This document shows, one piece after another, positions 20,880 to 31,347 of a stretch of 64,000 nt of DNA; the first letter of the stretch is position 1, and every line of letters starts with the position of its first letter. This DNA comes from a virus. The translations under genes were made by a program, and so were the position numbers. The notes beneath the pieces are model-generated. The model was not told the origin of the DNA. It searched no databases and saw only the letters and a list, made by a program, of their open reading frames with translations. The DNA lies in IMG/VR virus record IMGVR_UViG_3300045988_138926, positions 17,121 through 81,120 of that record; one strand, given 5' to 3'.

Positions 20880-21185
20880 ATGTGTGATAAGGAAATTGTT
20901 GTATGTGCAGCTATATGGGTTCAAGATCACAAGAACAAGCCTCACGGTCCAGTAAATATACCATCTGGAACCGTATTTTGTGGATTGAGACACTGTTCCA
21001 TAATATCGCAACATGCGGCATACGGTATAGCCCATAAAAACCGCAGTGTTCAAGGATTTTTGACAAGCAAGAATCGGTTTTTAACAAGAGAGGAAGCGTC
21101 TGAACTTGTTAGAAACAATAATCAGGAAATGGTAGTAGATAGGAGTGTCATTAGAGAACAATTGTATTCAGAAGATCTATATTAA
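20880..21185 (+). CDS. hypothetical protein, 101 aa
   Basis: ORF. Confidence 0.45.
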   Translation: MCDKEIVVCAAIWVQDHKNKPHGPVNIPSGTVFCGLRHCSIISQHAAYGIAHKNRSVQGFLTSKNRFLTREEASELVRNNNQEMVVDRSVIREQLYSEDLY

Positions 21186-21202
21186 CTAAAAAACAAAACA
21201 AC

Positions 21203-21556
21203 ATGGGGTTTAAAATCAAAAAGTCAATCACTTATGATATGATGGACGACAGTCGGGTAGAGTATGAATTTGATAATACCAATGATTTAAATCATATCAT
21301 ATTTAAAGGTAATTGTAGAGAACCTTTTTCATTTAGCAGAGTACTTGTTGAAGAATTAATTAAGACATTTGAAACCATACAGGATAGATACTCTGATAAT
21401 TATGAACTTAAGGTCTATCTTTACAATTGTATAATTCAACTGAGCGTAAATCCAAAGGACCCCAGTGAATCCTTTTTTGGCGTATATGATAGAGATGAGA
21501 TGAAATTGATATACGGAATAAAGATCAGTATTCTGAAAGGAATGTTTGGCATATGA
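21203..21556 (+). CDS. hypothetical protein, 117 aa
   Basis: ORF. Confidence 0.45.
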   Translation: MGFKIKKSITYDMMDDSRVEYEFDNTNDLNHIIFKGNCREPFSFSRVLVEELIKTFETIQDRYSDNYELKVYLYNCIIQLSVNPKDPSESFFGVYDRDEMKLIYGIKISILKGMFGI

Positions 21557-21659
21557 TTACCAAGCAGGACATATCATAAAAAAATGGCGGAATTGAACTA
21601 TTTAAACAAATAATAAAGTCGGATACGTAAGTTATCCGACTTTTTCATATATTTGCGTT

Positions 21660-21983
21660 ATGGCAAAAGGTTATTATTGGATACCACAAACAGATGAAAC
21701 GTTAAATGGCAGAAGCTATTACGTGGCTAAGATAGTAGGGGATATCACGTTTGATACTAAACGAAAAAGAATCGTATTTCAAGCTGATAGGTATTTCCCT
21801 GTAGGATCTGTTTTCCATTTTACGCACAATTGCTTCAATTATATCATAACTTGCCGACTTCGTAAGCCGGGGCTTTGGTTTGAAGCCAGGAGAGAAGATT
21901 CGGGCTCTATTTGCCCTGAAGATATTGAGCGCTTTGAATCGGGAAGGTTTATACACCGAGATGGGTACATGCATTACATATAA
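21660..21983 (+). CDS. hypothetical protein, 107 aa
   Basis: ORF. Confidence 0.4.
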   Translation: MAKGYYWIPQTDETLNGRSYYVAKIVGDITFDTKRKRIVFQADRYFPVGSVFHFTHNCFNYIITCRLRKPGLWFEARREDSGSICPEDIERFESGRFIHRDGYMHYI

Positions 21984-22095
21984 GCTGAACTTGACGATTT
22001 TTCGTCAGATTATAATTTTTTTCTCATATTATTTTTAAGCCATCAGACTGAGAAGTTAGGTGGCTTTATTTTTTATGATATGCTTTATTTTTAAC

Positions 22096-22103
22096 TACCT
22101 TTG
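22096..22103 (+). promoter_or_regulatory. TAccTTTG, Bacteroidota-type -7 promoter motif candidate
   Basis: Exact TAnnTTTG match 23 nt upstream of the ATG of the 2148-aa gene. Confidence 0.25.
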
Positions 22104-22126
22104 TCTCATAACAAAAATGTTTTATC

Positions 22127-25100
22127 ATGGTATCAACGTGTATTATTAAAAGAGATAATAAAAAGAAAGTTGTTTCTGTCTCTACCAGATCAGGGGACAG
22201 GTCTATGTTGTTTGATAAGATAGCATCTATTCCTCTTATGGAGAACAGGGAACGGGCTACTACTGTTTTTAAAACCGTATTTTCTAATAAGTTCTTAAAG
22301 GCTTTTGGCGACTGGAGAAAGAGAGTGCCTATCAACAAACAGGCCTACAATAAGGTGAAATCCAACATCGATCTTATTCCGGAAGCCTATAGAGAAAGGG
22401 TACTGGATAAGGCTTCTAAGATGAGTAATCCTGTTCTTGTGTCAAAATCAGATGCACCTTATGAAATCCAAGAATCGGGCTTTGGATTTTACAGCCAAGA
22501 TCTGGGTGATAATATTATGTTGGTGGATGCTATGGTTCCGTCAAGTATTTCCGTACCGGAAGGACCGGGAATAGACGCCGGGCAGTATTTACAAGATGCT
22601 ATATCTTCGGACTTCACTCCCGTATCTATGGTACAGGATAAGGGTGTTAATTATATGGTTATAAAAGACGGTCTTAAGATATTTAGCCCAGAAGAGTTAC
22701 CACAGACAGATTCTAATCCTGTGGGTGTAACGTATCAGACCGGAGAGCCTCGTTTGTTTTTCATGAACGATCGTAATCAATTATTTGAAGATTACGGAGA
22801 AGCTCTTCGCTCTGGCGGGAATGATATTAGAATAGGATTCTTATCAGGCACCGTTCAAGAATCTACCGTGGATGGCGTGGCAGACATTACTTACAAGGCT
22901 GGAAAGTATGTTCTTAATAATCCCAAATCTTTTATACCGGTCATGACCGCTTCTGCTTCTACTTCTTTATCAACAAAAGGTGGTATAATTAACTACCTTA
23001 TAAAGAAAGGTCTTTTGTCAGGATCTAAGATATTCGATCCTGAAACAAGAAGCTATTATCTTACAGGAGAAGGTCATACAGGACAAATTAGACTTTTCAA
23101 TTCAGCCTTATCCTACACCGAGCTCCGTAATCATTTTGGTTCAGATGTTTCCATGAACGACCAAGGTATGATAACCATAAGCTCGTTGGATAATAGTAAG
23201 GTAACTATGAGGCTCGCCACCGGAGGAACGGAAAGGGTTAGCAAAGAGCAGATAAAGAACGATCTTAAGTCAGGAAGATACAATGAATTGGACGCCAAGT
23301 ACGATCATTTTGATGCGCTTGTAGTTTCATTCATATTAGAAGACAACGATCTTTATGCTGATACTAAAGCTAAGATCGTATCAGATTATAGCAGGCAGGA
23401 ACGTGATCAACGAAATTCTATTGTCGAGATACTGAAAACGTTGGGCGTTAGTGTCATAGGTATGACCGATTATATAGAGAAGTATCAAACCAAATACGGG
23501 CACGAACCTTCTGCTAAGGCATTGGCGGATATTGCCAATAACGTAATAGCAGTTGGTGAAGATGCTACTTTATCTGATTTAGTAGAAGAAACAGCCCACT
23601 TCCTTGTAGAGGCATACAGAGATCAGAATGCTGTTGAGGCTGTTCTGCAAGATGTAGAAGGTACGGAAGAGTGGAACCAGTATGCAGGTCAGTATTATAA
23701 TACATACGGTAAGGTATATGAGGGAGCTGAGCTTGATAATGCGGTTAGGAGAGAAATTCTTGGAAAGATCCTCGCCAGGGAGATGCAGACCGGAACAGCA
23801 CAGGCGCCGGTAGAGCCCACCTCCTTCCTGGGGCGCGTCCGGCAGCTTTTCTCTGGAATAGTAAGCTGGCTTAAATCAGCTTTATCAACCCAAAGACAGG
23901 ATTTGAATAACGTTATTAAAAACATTCGTGATCTTGCCATTACTGACATAGATAAAGGATTTGACACTTCTCTGTTAAAGGATAATGACTTTACATTATA
24001 CTCCCTTTCTTCTATGAACAAGAACAAGTTTCTTGAGTCTAAGATCAGATCGCTAAGAAAAACATTAAGAGACTTACGTCAGATAAGCTCTGATAGGGCT
24101 GTAACTACGTCTATGACCCTTGCGCAGCTTAAGACCATAGAGGATAAGATAAATAAGGTAGAGACCGAAATAGACAAGAATGAGATGGCGGCTGCCATGA
24201 ACAGCATGATCTCCACAGCCGAAGCTCAGGTCAGATACTTAAGCAATGTGGTGAACACCATCCTTCATGGTGATACCAAAGACGGCAAGCTTCACTTCAA
24301 TACCAATGATCGAAAGAACGTAGATATTATTGACAATCAGGTTCTTCCGATCATGAACGATCTTCGAGGATATATCTGTAACAGAAGTACCGAATTTGAT
24401 GAACGTGAAAAGCAGGATTATACAAATAGGATCAATACCGTCATTGCCGACATCAATGGTATTCAGTCTGATATTAAATCAGTACAAGACCTTGATGAAA
24501 GTACGTTGCTTGATAAGTTAATGAACGAACTTCATGTGCCGGCAGATAAGGTAAAGAGAGTAAAAGAATTTTTCGACAAGGTTCAACACGATGTTTCTTG
24601 GATAAGTAGGTGGTTTGGTATATTAGAGCATTCTTCCAGTCCGTTCAATAACGCTCTTGGAGCTATGATTGCCAAAGACAATTACAATGCGATGGTGAAT
24701 GCCCAGCCCGCCATATCCGACTTCCTGGCATATGCGAAAAAGCATGGTTTTAACAAATCTGAATTTGAAAAACTGCTTCAGAAAGTAGACGGCAAAACTT
24801 CTAATTACCTTCGTAGTGCTCTTGATATGGCTAAATACGATCGTAATAAGAAGCTGGCGCAGATGCGAGCGTTTGCGACTGCCATGAACATAGAGATATC
24901 AGAAGAAGAAATTGGTGATGTGGTTGACAATAACCGTAATTACGTATTTAAAAGAGAAGTAGTTGACAAGGATGGAAATACGGTTACTGAAAACGCTAAA
25001 TTCAAACCATCGTCTGATAGAGTTAATACCGATATTTTTACCATCGAGCAGGAAAAGATCTATACGGAACAGATGGAAAAGTGGGATGCTGAAAATTCGG

Positions 25101-28100
25101 AACTGGAATTTAGCGAAAGTTATGCCACAAGAATGGAATCCATATACAAAAAGGCTGAAGAAGAATTAGGGCATCCGGTTTCTCAAACAACCAAAGAATA
25201 CCTTAATGCTCTATCCAGGCAAAAACGGATATTGAGGCAGCCTTTTATTGATAGCGGTGGTAATTTTGATGAGGTTGCCTATTTTAAAAGCAGCAATTAC
25301 GAAGAAGAAGGACTGCTTCGTAAACAACGTAAGGAAGCAGCTTCAGAATACATATATGTAGGAACCAGGAGAGTGGAAAAAACCGGCGACCAACTTAAGA
25401 TGGCTAAAGAAATACAAGCTATAAATGAAGTTTGGAGAAAGGAATCAAATAATGTTACCAATGCCGTATCAGAATCGTTTTTGCAAAAATTAAGAACGAT
25501 TCAGAGCGAGTCGGGAGGAGAAGCTGCGCTGAAGACACTTATGTTGGGAGGTCACCTGTCGTTCAATGATCGGTTTTGGAATGAAGTAGAATCGGAACAG
25601 TCGGCGCGTACCGAATCAAATAACAAGGCTTCGTATCTTAAAATGGCGCATGATATCATTAGTTCTACGACAAGTGATAGAGATGCGACTGACGTGGATT
25701 CGATTGTGAAAGATATAGAAAAAAATAAGGCCATTATCAAGGAAATAATCGGAAACAATCGCGATGTGGCTGATATCGGAGAAATTAACGAAGCGACATT
25801 TACCTCATCCGAAAGAGATGCTTTTAGGGCCGCATCTGAAGCTATTGAAGCTGATTACGCTATCTTAATAGATTATGCTAAGATGGTGGGTCTTGAAGAT
25901 ATTGATAAGTACCTTACTAAAAGCAGTAAGGCCGAAAACGAAGTAAATCAGTCTTATTTAAATGCTCTTGCTGACTCCAAGGAAGTGGAATGGAAGTTCG
26001 TACAACGTCATACTACGGCGAAGAAAGCAAAAAGGATTCAGGCTTTAAGGGATAAGCTGTTTAAGGCTGCTGATAACCGATATCTGTTTACCGTATCTGA
26101 AACCAACTACCTGTCAGAAAAGCTTGGTATAAGCAAAGAATTAGACGGTAGAGATTTTAGGAATGCTGTTAATGCTAAGATGGCCAGCTTATTTTTAAAT
26201 AATACAAGGGAAGAGGGTATAGAAGCTGACATAAAAGCGGGCATAGAAGAAGCTAATGCTATTGTTAATGAATTTGCCAGGAGCCAGGTCTTTTCGTACT
26301 ATAAACGCATGGCGCCTACTGGATATGCGGCTATGATCGACAAAATCGGTCGAGGTGAGATAGATGTAGCGCAGATGGTTAAGGACGTACAGAATGGGAC
26401 ATCCACACAAGATTATGGTATGGATATATCATACCTGTCTTTTGACCCTGCAAGAGCATGGGTGGCTGAATCCGAGGCCGAAAATAGCGGTCGTAACCCT
26501 GATTATGTAAAAGACCACGGGTATGGTCATCGTATGCCCAAGAAGAGCCTGTATCGTGATGAATCGTATTTCAACGACTTCGGCATTAAGTATGATGCTG
26601 ATGGTAATGAGGTCGCTACTAAAAACGTAGAGCAGTGGAATATGATTCAAAAACTCAAGGAAATAAAAAGACAATCCCTTGATCTATATAAAGAGCAGAG
26701 CCCTAATCTGTATGCTATTCCACAGATATCCAAACAAGATATAGAACGTATAGAAGGATTGGGTATTAACTTCAAAAATACGGTTCGTAATTTTGTATCA
26801 GATCTGTGCCTGGACAGAGTAGACGATTCTTTATACGGTAAAACCAGACAAGGGGAAGTATATGATCCGGAAGACAGACTTAGGTCTATACCTAAATACT
26901 ACATATATGAATTGGAAAACCAAGATGATGTATCTCACGATTTTGGCTACTCTTATTCGATGCTTATGATGCAGTCATCGTTATACAACGAAAAGCAGAA
27001 GTCTATAGAGCTTGCCCAAGGACTGGAACAGATGTTGCTGAATAAGCAATTTGAAGGCGGGAAGAAAGCTGAAGCAACCCAAGCATATCAGATGTTCAGG
27101 GACTTCTTCAATGACCATTATTATGGCATTAGGATGAACACCAAAAAACTGACGGTAAACATCGGTGGATACACAGTAGACCTTACCAGGATAATGATGG
27201 CCGTTGAAAGATTTATGTCGGTCATGAACTTGGCGCTGTCCCCGTTTGTGGCAGCTACTGGCGCCTTAACAGGTCATATTAACCTCATCATGGAATCTGC
27301 CGTAGGACAGTATATAAGCAAAGATTCCCTTAAATACGCATCGGCTGAGTTTTCACGTCTTGCGCCATCTTGTATAGCAGAAACCGGAGACATAGATAGG
27401 AAAAGCAAATTATATGTCATAGGTGAGAGAATGGGGATTTTCAACATACGAAACAGAATGTATGGTGCCGGATACAATAGAGTGGCCAGGACCTTAATGC
27501 GTTCACCGATGTATGCTTTTATGGAGATCATGAACTACCCTCTTGACCCGCAGGTTATGATTGCCACTATGGATAACGTGCGATACTATAAAGGTCGGTT
27601 CTACACGTTCCAGGATTTCAAGATGGAAAAAGAACGCAATAAAGAACAGAGTACTATAAAAAGAGAATGGAATGCATTAAAAGATCGTACTTTATGGAGT
27701 ATGGTAGACGTCGTGGATGGAAAGGTGGTCGTAAAACCTGGATCGGGTGTTACTGCCGAGGAAGTTGAAACCCAAATGGCTATAACCCGTAATCAAGTTC
27801 GTAGCTTGTCTCAGATATGTAACGGATCTTTGAATGAAGAAAATCGGACTGCCGCATCACGCAACTGGATAGCCAGGTTCATGACCGCCCACCGAGGATG
27901 GTTGGTGCTGGCGGCTCAACGTCTGTGGAAAAGGCGTGGCTTCAATTTCCAAACAATGCAAGAAGAGGAGGGACTGTCAATTACGTTAAAGAATATGATA
28001 GCCAAAACATTTAGCTTAGCTTCCGAGTCTGGTATGAAAAACATCATAGATGCCTGGAACGAAAATAAAGACAATATGAATGAGGTAGAGAAAACTAATC

Positions 28101-28573
28101 TCAAACGCCTCAGTGTCTATGCCGGTACGTTCCTTATCATGCAAGCCGTATCTATGCTTCTTGCCGGGTGGCGTGATGATGATGAAAACGAAGAAAGTTG
28201 GCTTACTCAATTCGGATCCTACGTCGGATTCAGAACCATAAATGAAATAGCTTCACAGATGCCATTTATTATGGAGCTTAACGTGGTTGATATCATTAAC
28301 GACCCGTTTGTTATGGGACGGAAACTTAAGGACCTTACCGATCTTAGGAATTATTCACTTGATAAAGTAACATCTGGTACATACAAGGGGGAGGCTAAGT
28401 TATTTAGGCAACTCGCCAAACAGACGTTTATCAAACAATGGTATAATATCAAGACGCCGGAAGACGTAGCGCGCGCCTATAATTGGTGGCAGCAGACGAA
28501 CAACAAGTCAATGATGTTCTTCATCGGCGCCACTCCTGATTCGGAAGGAGACGATGATGTTAGTTACAAATAG
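22127..28573 (+). CDS. giant protein, 2148 aa, unknown function (second >2000-aa ORF)
   Basis: 6.4 kb ORF. Mostly alpha-helical by composition. No catalytic motif recognised by eye. Confidence 0.9.
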   Translation: MVSTCIIKRDNKKKVVSVSTRSGDRSMLFDKIASIPLMENRERATTVFKTVFSNKFLKAFGDWRKRVPINKQAYNKVKSNIDLIPEAYRERVLDKASKMSNPVLVSKSDAPYEIQESGFGFYSQDLGDNIMLVDAMVPSSISVPEGPGIDAGQYLQDAISSDFTPVSMVQDKGVNYMVIKDGLKIFSPEELPQTDSNPVGVTYQTGEPRLFFMNDRNQLFEDYGEALRSGGNDIRIGFLSGTVQESTVDGVADITYKAGKYVLNNPKSFIPVMTASASTSLSTKGGIINYLIKKGLLSGSKIFDPETRSYYLTGEGHTGQIRLFNSALSYTELRNHFGSDVSMNDQGMITISSLDNSKVTMRLATGGTERVSKEQIKNDLKSGRYNELDAKYDHFDALVVSFILEDNDLYADTKAKIVSDYSRQERDQRNSIVEILKTLGVSVIGMTDYIEKYQTKYGHEPSAKALADIANNVIAVGEDATLSDLVEETAHFLVEAYRDQNAVEAVLQDVEGTEEWNQYAGQYYNTYGKVYEGAELDNAVRREILGKILAREMQTGTAQAPVEPTSFLGRVRQLFSGIVSWLKSALSTQRQDLNNVIKNIRDLAITDIDKGFDTSLLKDNDFTLYSLSSMNKNKFLESKIRSLRKTLRDLRQISSDRAVTTSMTLAQLKTIEDKINKVETEIDKNEMAAAMNSMISTAEAQVRYLSNVVNTILHGDTKDGKLHFNTNDRKNVDIIDNQVLPIMNDLRGYICNRSTEFDEREKQDYTNRINTVIADINGIQSDIKSVQDLDESTLLDKLMNELHVPADKVKRVKEFFDKVQHDVSWISRWFGILEHSSSPFNNALGAMIAKDNYNAMVNAQPAISDFLAYAKKHGFNKSEFEKLLQKVDGKTSNYLRSALDMAKYDRNKKLAQMRAFATAMNIEISEEEIGDVVDNNRNYVFKREVVDKDGNTVTENAKFKPSSDRVNTDIFTIEQEKIYTEQMEKWDAENSELEFSESYATRMESIYKKAEEELGHPVSQTTKEYLNALSRQKRILRQPFIDSGGNFDEVAYFKSSNYEEEGLLRKQRKEAASEYIYVGTRRVEKTGDQLKMAKEIQAINEVWRKESNNVTNAVSESFLQKLRTIQSESGGEAALKTLMLGGHLSFNDRFWNEVESEQSARTESNNKASYLKMAHDIISSTTSDRDATDVDSIVKDIEKNKAIIKEIIGNNRDVADIGEINEATFTSSERDAFRAASEAIEADYAILIDYAKMVGLEDIDKYLTKSSKAENEVNQSYLNALADSKEVEWKFVQRHTTAKKAKRIQALRDKLFKAADNRYLFTVSETNYLSEKLGISKELDGRDFRNAVNAKMASLFLNNTREEGIEADIKAGIEEANAIVNEFARSQVFSYYKRMAPTGYAAMIDKIGRGEIDVAQMVKDVQNGTSTQDYGMDISYLSFDPARAWVAESEAENSGRNPDYVKDHGYGHRMPKKSLYRDESYFNDFGIKYDADGNEVATKNVEQWNMIQKLKEIKRQSLDLYKEQSPNLYAIPQISKQDIERIEGLGINFKNTVRNFVSDLCLDRVDDSLYGKTRQGEVYDPEDRLRSIPKYYIYELENQDDVSHDFGYSYSMLMMQSSLYNEKQKSIELAQGLEQMLLNKQFEGGKKAEATQAYQMFRDFFNDHYYGIRMNTKKLTVNIGGYTVDLTRIMMAVERFMSVMNLALSPFVAATGALTGHINLIMESAVGQYISKDSLKYASAEFSRLAPSCIAETGDIDRKSKLYVIGERMGIFNIRNRMYGAGYNRVARTLMRSPMYAFMEIMNYPLDPQVMIATMDNVRYYKGRFYTFQDFKMEKERNKEQSTIKREWNALKDRTLWSMVDVVDGKVVVKPGSGVTAEEVETQMAITRNQVRSLSQICNGSLNEENRTAASRNWIARFMTAHRGWLVLAAQRLWKRRGFNFQTMQEEEGLSITLKNMIAKTFSLASESGMKNIIDAWNENKDNMNEVEKTNLKRLSVYAGTFLIMQAVSMLLAGWRDDDENEESWLTQFGSYVGFRTINEIASQMPFIMELNVVDIINDPFVMGRKLKDLTDLRNYSLDKVTSGTYKGEAKLFRQLAKQTFIKQWYNIKTPEDVARAYNWWQQTNNKSMMFFIGATPDSEGDDDVSYK

Positions 28574-28709
28574 ACGAAGAATATCGGACTTGCATTGTTT
28601 TTGTATGATTCCAATATGCTATATTAGTATCGTCAAAGAGTAGATTGTACGTTTTTTGTTCTTACTTGAAAGATTATGTAGGTTTAATTTTTTCTGAAAT
28701 TGTTTTCTT

Positions 28710-28751
28710 ACCGGTTCTCAGTCAGAGATGATAGAGAACCGGTTTCTTTTG
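28710..28751 (+). terminator. intrinsic terminator closing the plus-strand block, at the convergence point
   Basis: accggttctc/gagaaccggt, a 10-bp stem with a 14-nt loop, then TTCTTTTGTT. Confidence 0.45.
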
Positions 28752-28784
28752 TTATGAAAAAAAGGTATATAATTACCTAAGTTT

Positions 28785-29273
28785 TTAAGCATTAACTTCA
28801 TGACCTTCCCTATCTGTTAAAGCCAAACCAACACCTTCTATAACGTATCCTACTACAGGAGCCTTATCAAATTCCTCCTTCGTAGCCCAAGTAGCATTAT
28901 CAGGCATCAGATCCTTAAATGCATCCGAAACATCACCTTGGCACCAGCAGTTATTTGATGCAACAATACCCTTCCCTTCGATATTGATATACATTTTTCT
29001 TCCACCACATCCAAGGCTATTCCATCCTCTTGGCACGTTTTCCACCATAGGCTTAAGCACCCAGCTTTCACCGTCTATCCTAACCCATCCAGGATCGTCT
29101 TTGTGCTTGTCGTACATATTTTGCCAAAAAGAGCATTCGTAGCACCATCCCTTGTCTTCCATGATAGTTCTTATCTCACACCTTTTAAATCCATCTGCAT
29201 CCAACGTGTGCGGAGAATGAGGCTGGTGAGGGGTGCCACATTTTGGACATACGAGTTTTAAATTATCTTTCAT
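28785..29273 (-). CDS. hypothetical protein, 162 aa, Cys/His/Trp-rich
   Basis: Last gene of the minus-strand array. CPKCG...C...C motifs. Confidence 0.55.
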   Translation of the reverse strand: MKDNLKLVCPKCGTPHQPHSPHTLDADGFKRCEIRTIMEDKGWCYECSFWQNMYDKHKDDPGWVRIDGESWVLKPMVENVPRGWNSLGCGGRKMYINIEGKGIVASNNCWCQGDVSDAFKDLMPDNATWATKEEFDKAPVVGYVIEGVGLALTDREGHEVNA

Positions 29274-29508
29274 ATTGCTTTACTTTTACGATTTTAATAG
29301 AATCACCAATATTGTATTCTCCTTGGTATCCAACGAATTTTATAATTTTATTATTTTTAAATATTGAAACTCTTTTGTCTTCACCATAATATATCACACG
29401 TCCACCATCTAAAGGAAGTAGATCATATATAACCCATCCTTCATTAACCTGATGATTATTTGAACATGATGATAATACTAATGTCATCAATAAAATAAAA
29501 TACTTCAT
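29263..29508 (-). CDS. small lipoprotein, 81 aa
   Basis: MKYFILLMTLVLSSCSNN is a signal peptide with lipobox L-S-S-C. This implies a bacterial host. Confidence 0.6.
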   Translation of the reverse strand: MKYFILLMTLVLSSCSNNHQVNEGWVIYDLLPLDGGRVIYYGEDKRVSIFKNNKIIKFVGYQGEYNIGDSIKIVKVKQYER

Positions 29509-29515
29509 ATTATTT

Positions 29516-29707
29516 TCAGCATAAAAATTTGTAACCTGGTTTTACAGCTTCCGCTTCTTCTCTCGTATCAAACATTAAGGTAGTGACAGCTCCTATGCCT
29601 TCACAAACGTAAGATACTTTTACCCACCACCTAAAAATCCCAGAGCCGTAATCATCATAGTACGGCTCAGAAAGAACTTCTTCTACATACCCATCCAAAT
29701 AATTCAC
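29516..29707 (-). CDS. small hypothetical ORF, 63 aa
   Basis: ORF in the array. Confidence 0.35.
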   Translation of the reverse strand: MNYLDGYVEEVLSEPYYDDYGSGIFRWWVKVSYVCEGIGAVTTLMFDTREEAEAVKPGYKFLC

Positions 29708-30426
29708 GATCGCTCCTCCTTATTTTCAGATTCTGCCTCTTCGAGTATGCTGATCACCTTATCAACAATATCCGAATCGGACATTTTCTCAATAAAAACA
29801 TCCATCGCCTTAGTTATGTCATTGGCTTCTTTTTCTTCAAGAGCTATTTCCCCACCGGTAATAGCATCAGATAATGATGTAGATAAGTGTCTTATCTTAT
29901 CAATGCTCATAAACGTAAATGGATTACCACCCCAGCCACCACCCATTTCTTTCATGATCTGATATCCACCTGAGATAAGTCTGCCTGATGTCGTGGCCAA
30001 GGAGGATACGATTAGGGACAGTACCGCCGCTTCCGTCCGCTCCTCGGACACACCCCTCGACCACACGGCTGCCCTTATAGCGCCGGCCAGGTCGTCTATG
30101 TATGGCATGAGGCAATCTTCCATCGCTTGTGTTATATCAGCTATAACCTCACTACGCTCTTTATTTATGTAGTAGATAGAAGCATTGTACTTCTTTATCT
30201 CTTTGTCCATATCATTTAAAAGACGCTTGATATTGTGCTTATACATAGGACTGGTTTTAATTACTTCCTTTAGCTTAAGAATGTAATTATAAGCCTGGTC
30301 GTTTACGAACAACGTCATGGTCTCAACCGTTGAATGAAGCGTGTTAAGACTGTTAAGAATCTTATCGAAATTGTTTATCAAATAAGCTTTTCTGGCTTTT
30401 GCCGCGTAATTAATCATCGCATTCAA
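29704..30426 (-). CDS. hypothetical protein, 240 aa
   Basis: ORF with overlapping start/stop to its neighbours. Confidence 0.6.
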   Translation of the reverse strand: MNAMINYAAKARKAYLINNFDKILNSLNTLHSTVETMTLFVNDQAYNYILKLKEVIKTSPMYKHNIKRLLNDMDKEIKKYNASIYYINKERSEVIADITQAMEDCLMPYIDDLAGAIRAAVWSRGVSEERTEAAVLSLIVSSLATTSGRLISGGYQIMKEMGGGWGGNPFTFMSIDKIRHLSTSLSDAITGGEIALEEKEANDITKAMDVFIEKMSDSDIVDKVISILEEAESENKEERS

Positions 30427-30952
30427 ATTTTAGATTTTCAAGTTCGAGTATTTGTAACCTAAGAGACTTAATTAAATCCGTTCTCTGTTCCTCTGCATGT
30501 TTTAAAGCCTCTTCCTTGCTTTCAAAAGCACAATCCCCTATCTGATAAGGGGTGTAACGACCAGGAGTGTCGGCTAATAAAAGACCACCACAATCTTCTA
30601 TTCTGGCTTTTACCTTTCTTATTTTCCCATCTTTTAGACACATGTCCGTAACCCATACGAATTTACCATATAATTTATCATACTCTTCTAATCTCTCTTC
30701 TTGCAATTCATACCATTTAGGCTTAGGAAATCTTAATGTGAATCTAATTTCGGTATCTTTCTCTAAGACATTAATATCATACGCCTCCGGCCACAGTTCT
30801 TTTATACTGTCTTCGTCTTCAGCATACGCCACCAATACAAATGAATTACTGGATTCTGCGCTACACCAATACGGGTATTTTATAGGCCATTTGACTGGAC
30901 GGTAATCATTGTCACAGTCATCCTTTCTAATGTGAAATCTTGCTCTGATCAT
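30410..30952 (-). CDS. hypothetical protein, 180 aa
   Basis: ORF. Confidence 0.55.
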   Translation of the reverse strand: MIRARFHIRKDDCDNDYRPVKWPIKYPYWCSAESSNSFVLVAYAEDEDSIKELWPEAYDINVLEKDTEIRFTLRFPKPKWYELQEERLEEYDKLYGKFVWVTDMCLKDGKIRKVKARIEDCGGLLLADTPGRYTPYQIGDCAFESKEEALKHAEEQRTDLIKSLRLQILELENLKFECDD

Positions 30953-30953
30953 A

Positions 30954-31262
30954 TTATTCTACTTTTTTGATTTCGCTCAAATCGTCTTCATACACCAAAT
31001 AAGATCCTCTTCCAGGTCTTCCTTCTTTATTGGGTGCCTGGATTGTAAATATGACTGTTCCAGCACTCATGATTTGAACGCTCTTGAAGAAACCAACAAG
31101 AGATTCTTTCGAACGTTTGTAAAGAACGCTCACTTTATCTCCCTTCTTGAATCCATAAACAGAATCGAAATAATCCTTTTTAATTCTTTCAATATTACTT
31201 CTGTGTTTGTCCATTGCTTCAAACTCGTCGTCTAACAGACGAATCATTTGTTCTTTTGTCAT
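30954..31262 (-). CDS. hypothetical protein, 102 aa
   Basis: ORF. Confidence 0.5.
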   Translation of the reverse strand: MTKEQMIRLLDDEFEAMDKHRSNIERIKKDYFDSVYGFKKGDKVSVLYKRSKESLVGFFKSVQIMSAGTVIFTIQAPNKEGRPGRGSYLVYEDDLSEIKKVE

Positions 31263-31347
31263 TTCTTTTCCTCCTTATAATTTATGATGTGAATGGTTTT
31301 GTTAATTCACCAAAGCGCTTATTGATGACAAGCACCTAATTATGTTA

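Noticed and set aside
28574-28784. Bidirectional terminator between the convergent blocks
   Set aside because: The hairpin at 28710-28743 is followed by a T-tract only on the plus strand. On the minus strand the downstream sequence is A-rich. It is annotated as a plus-strand terminator only.
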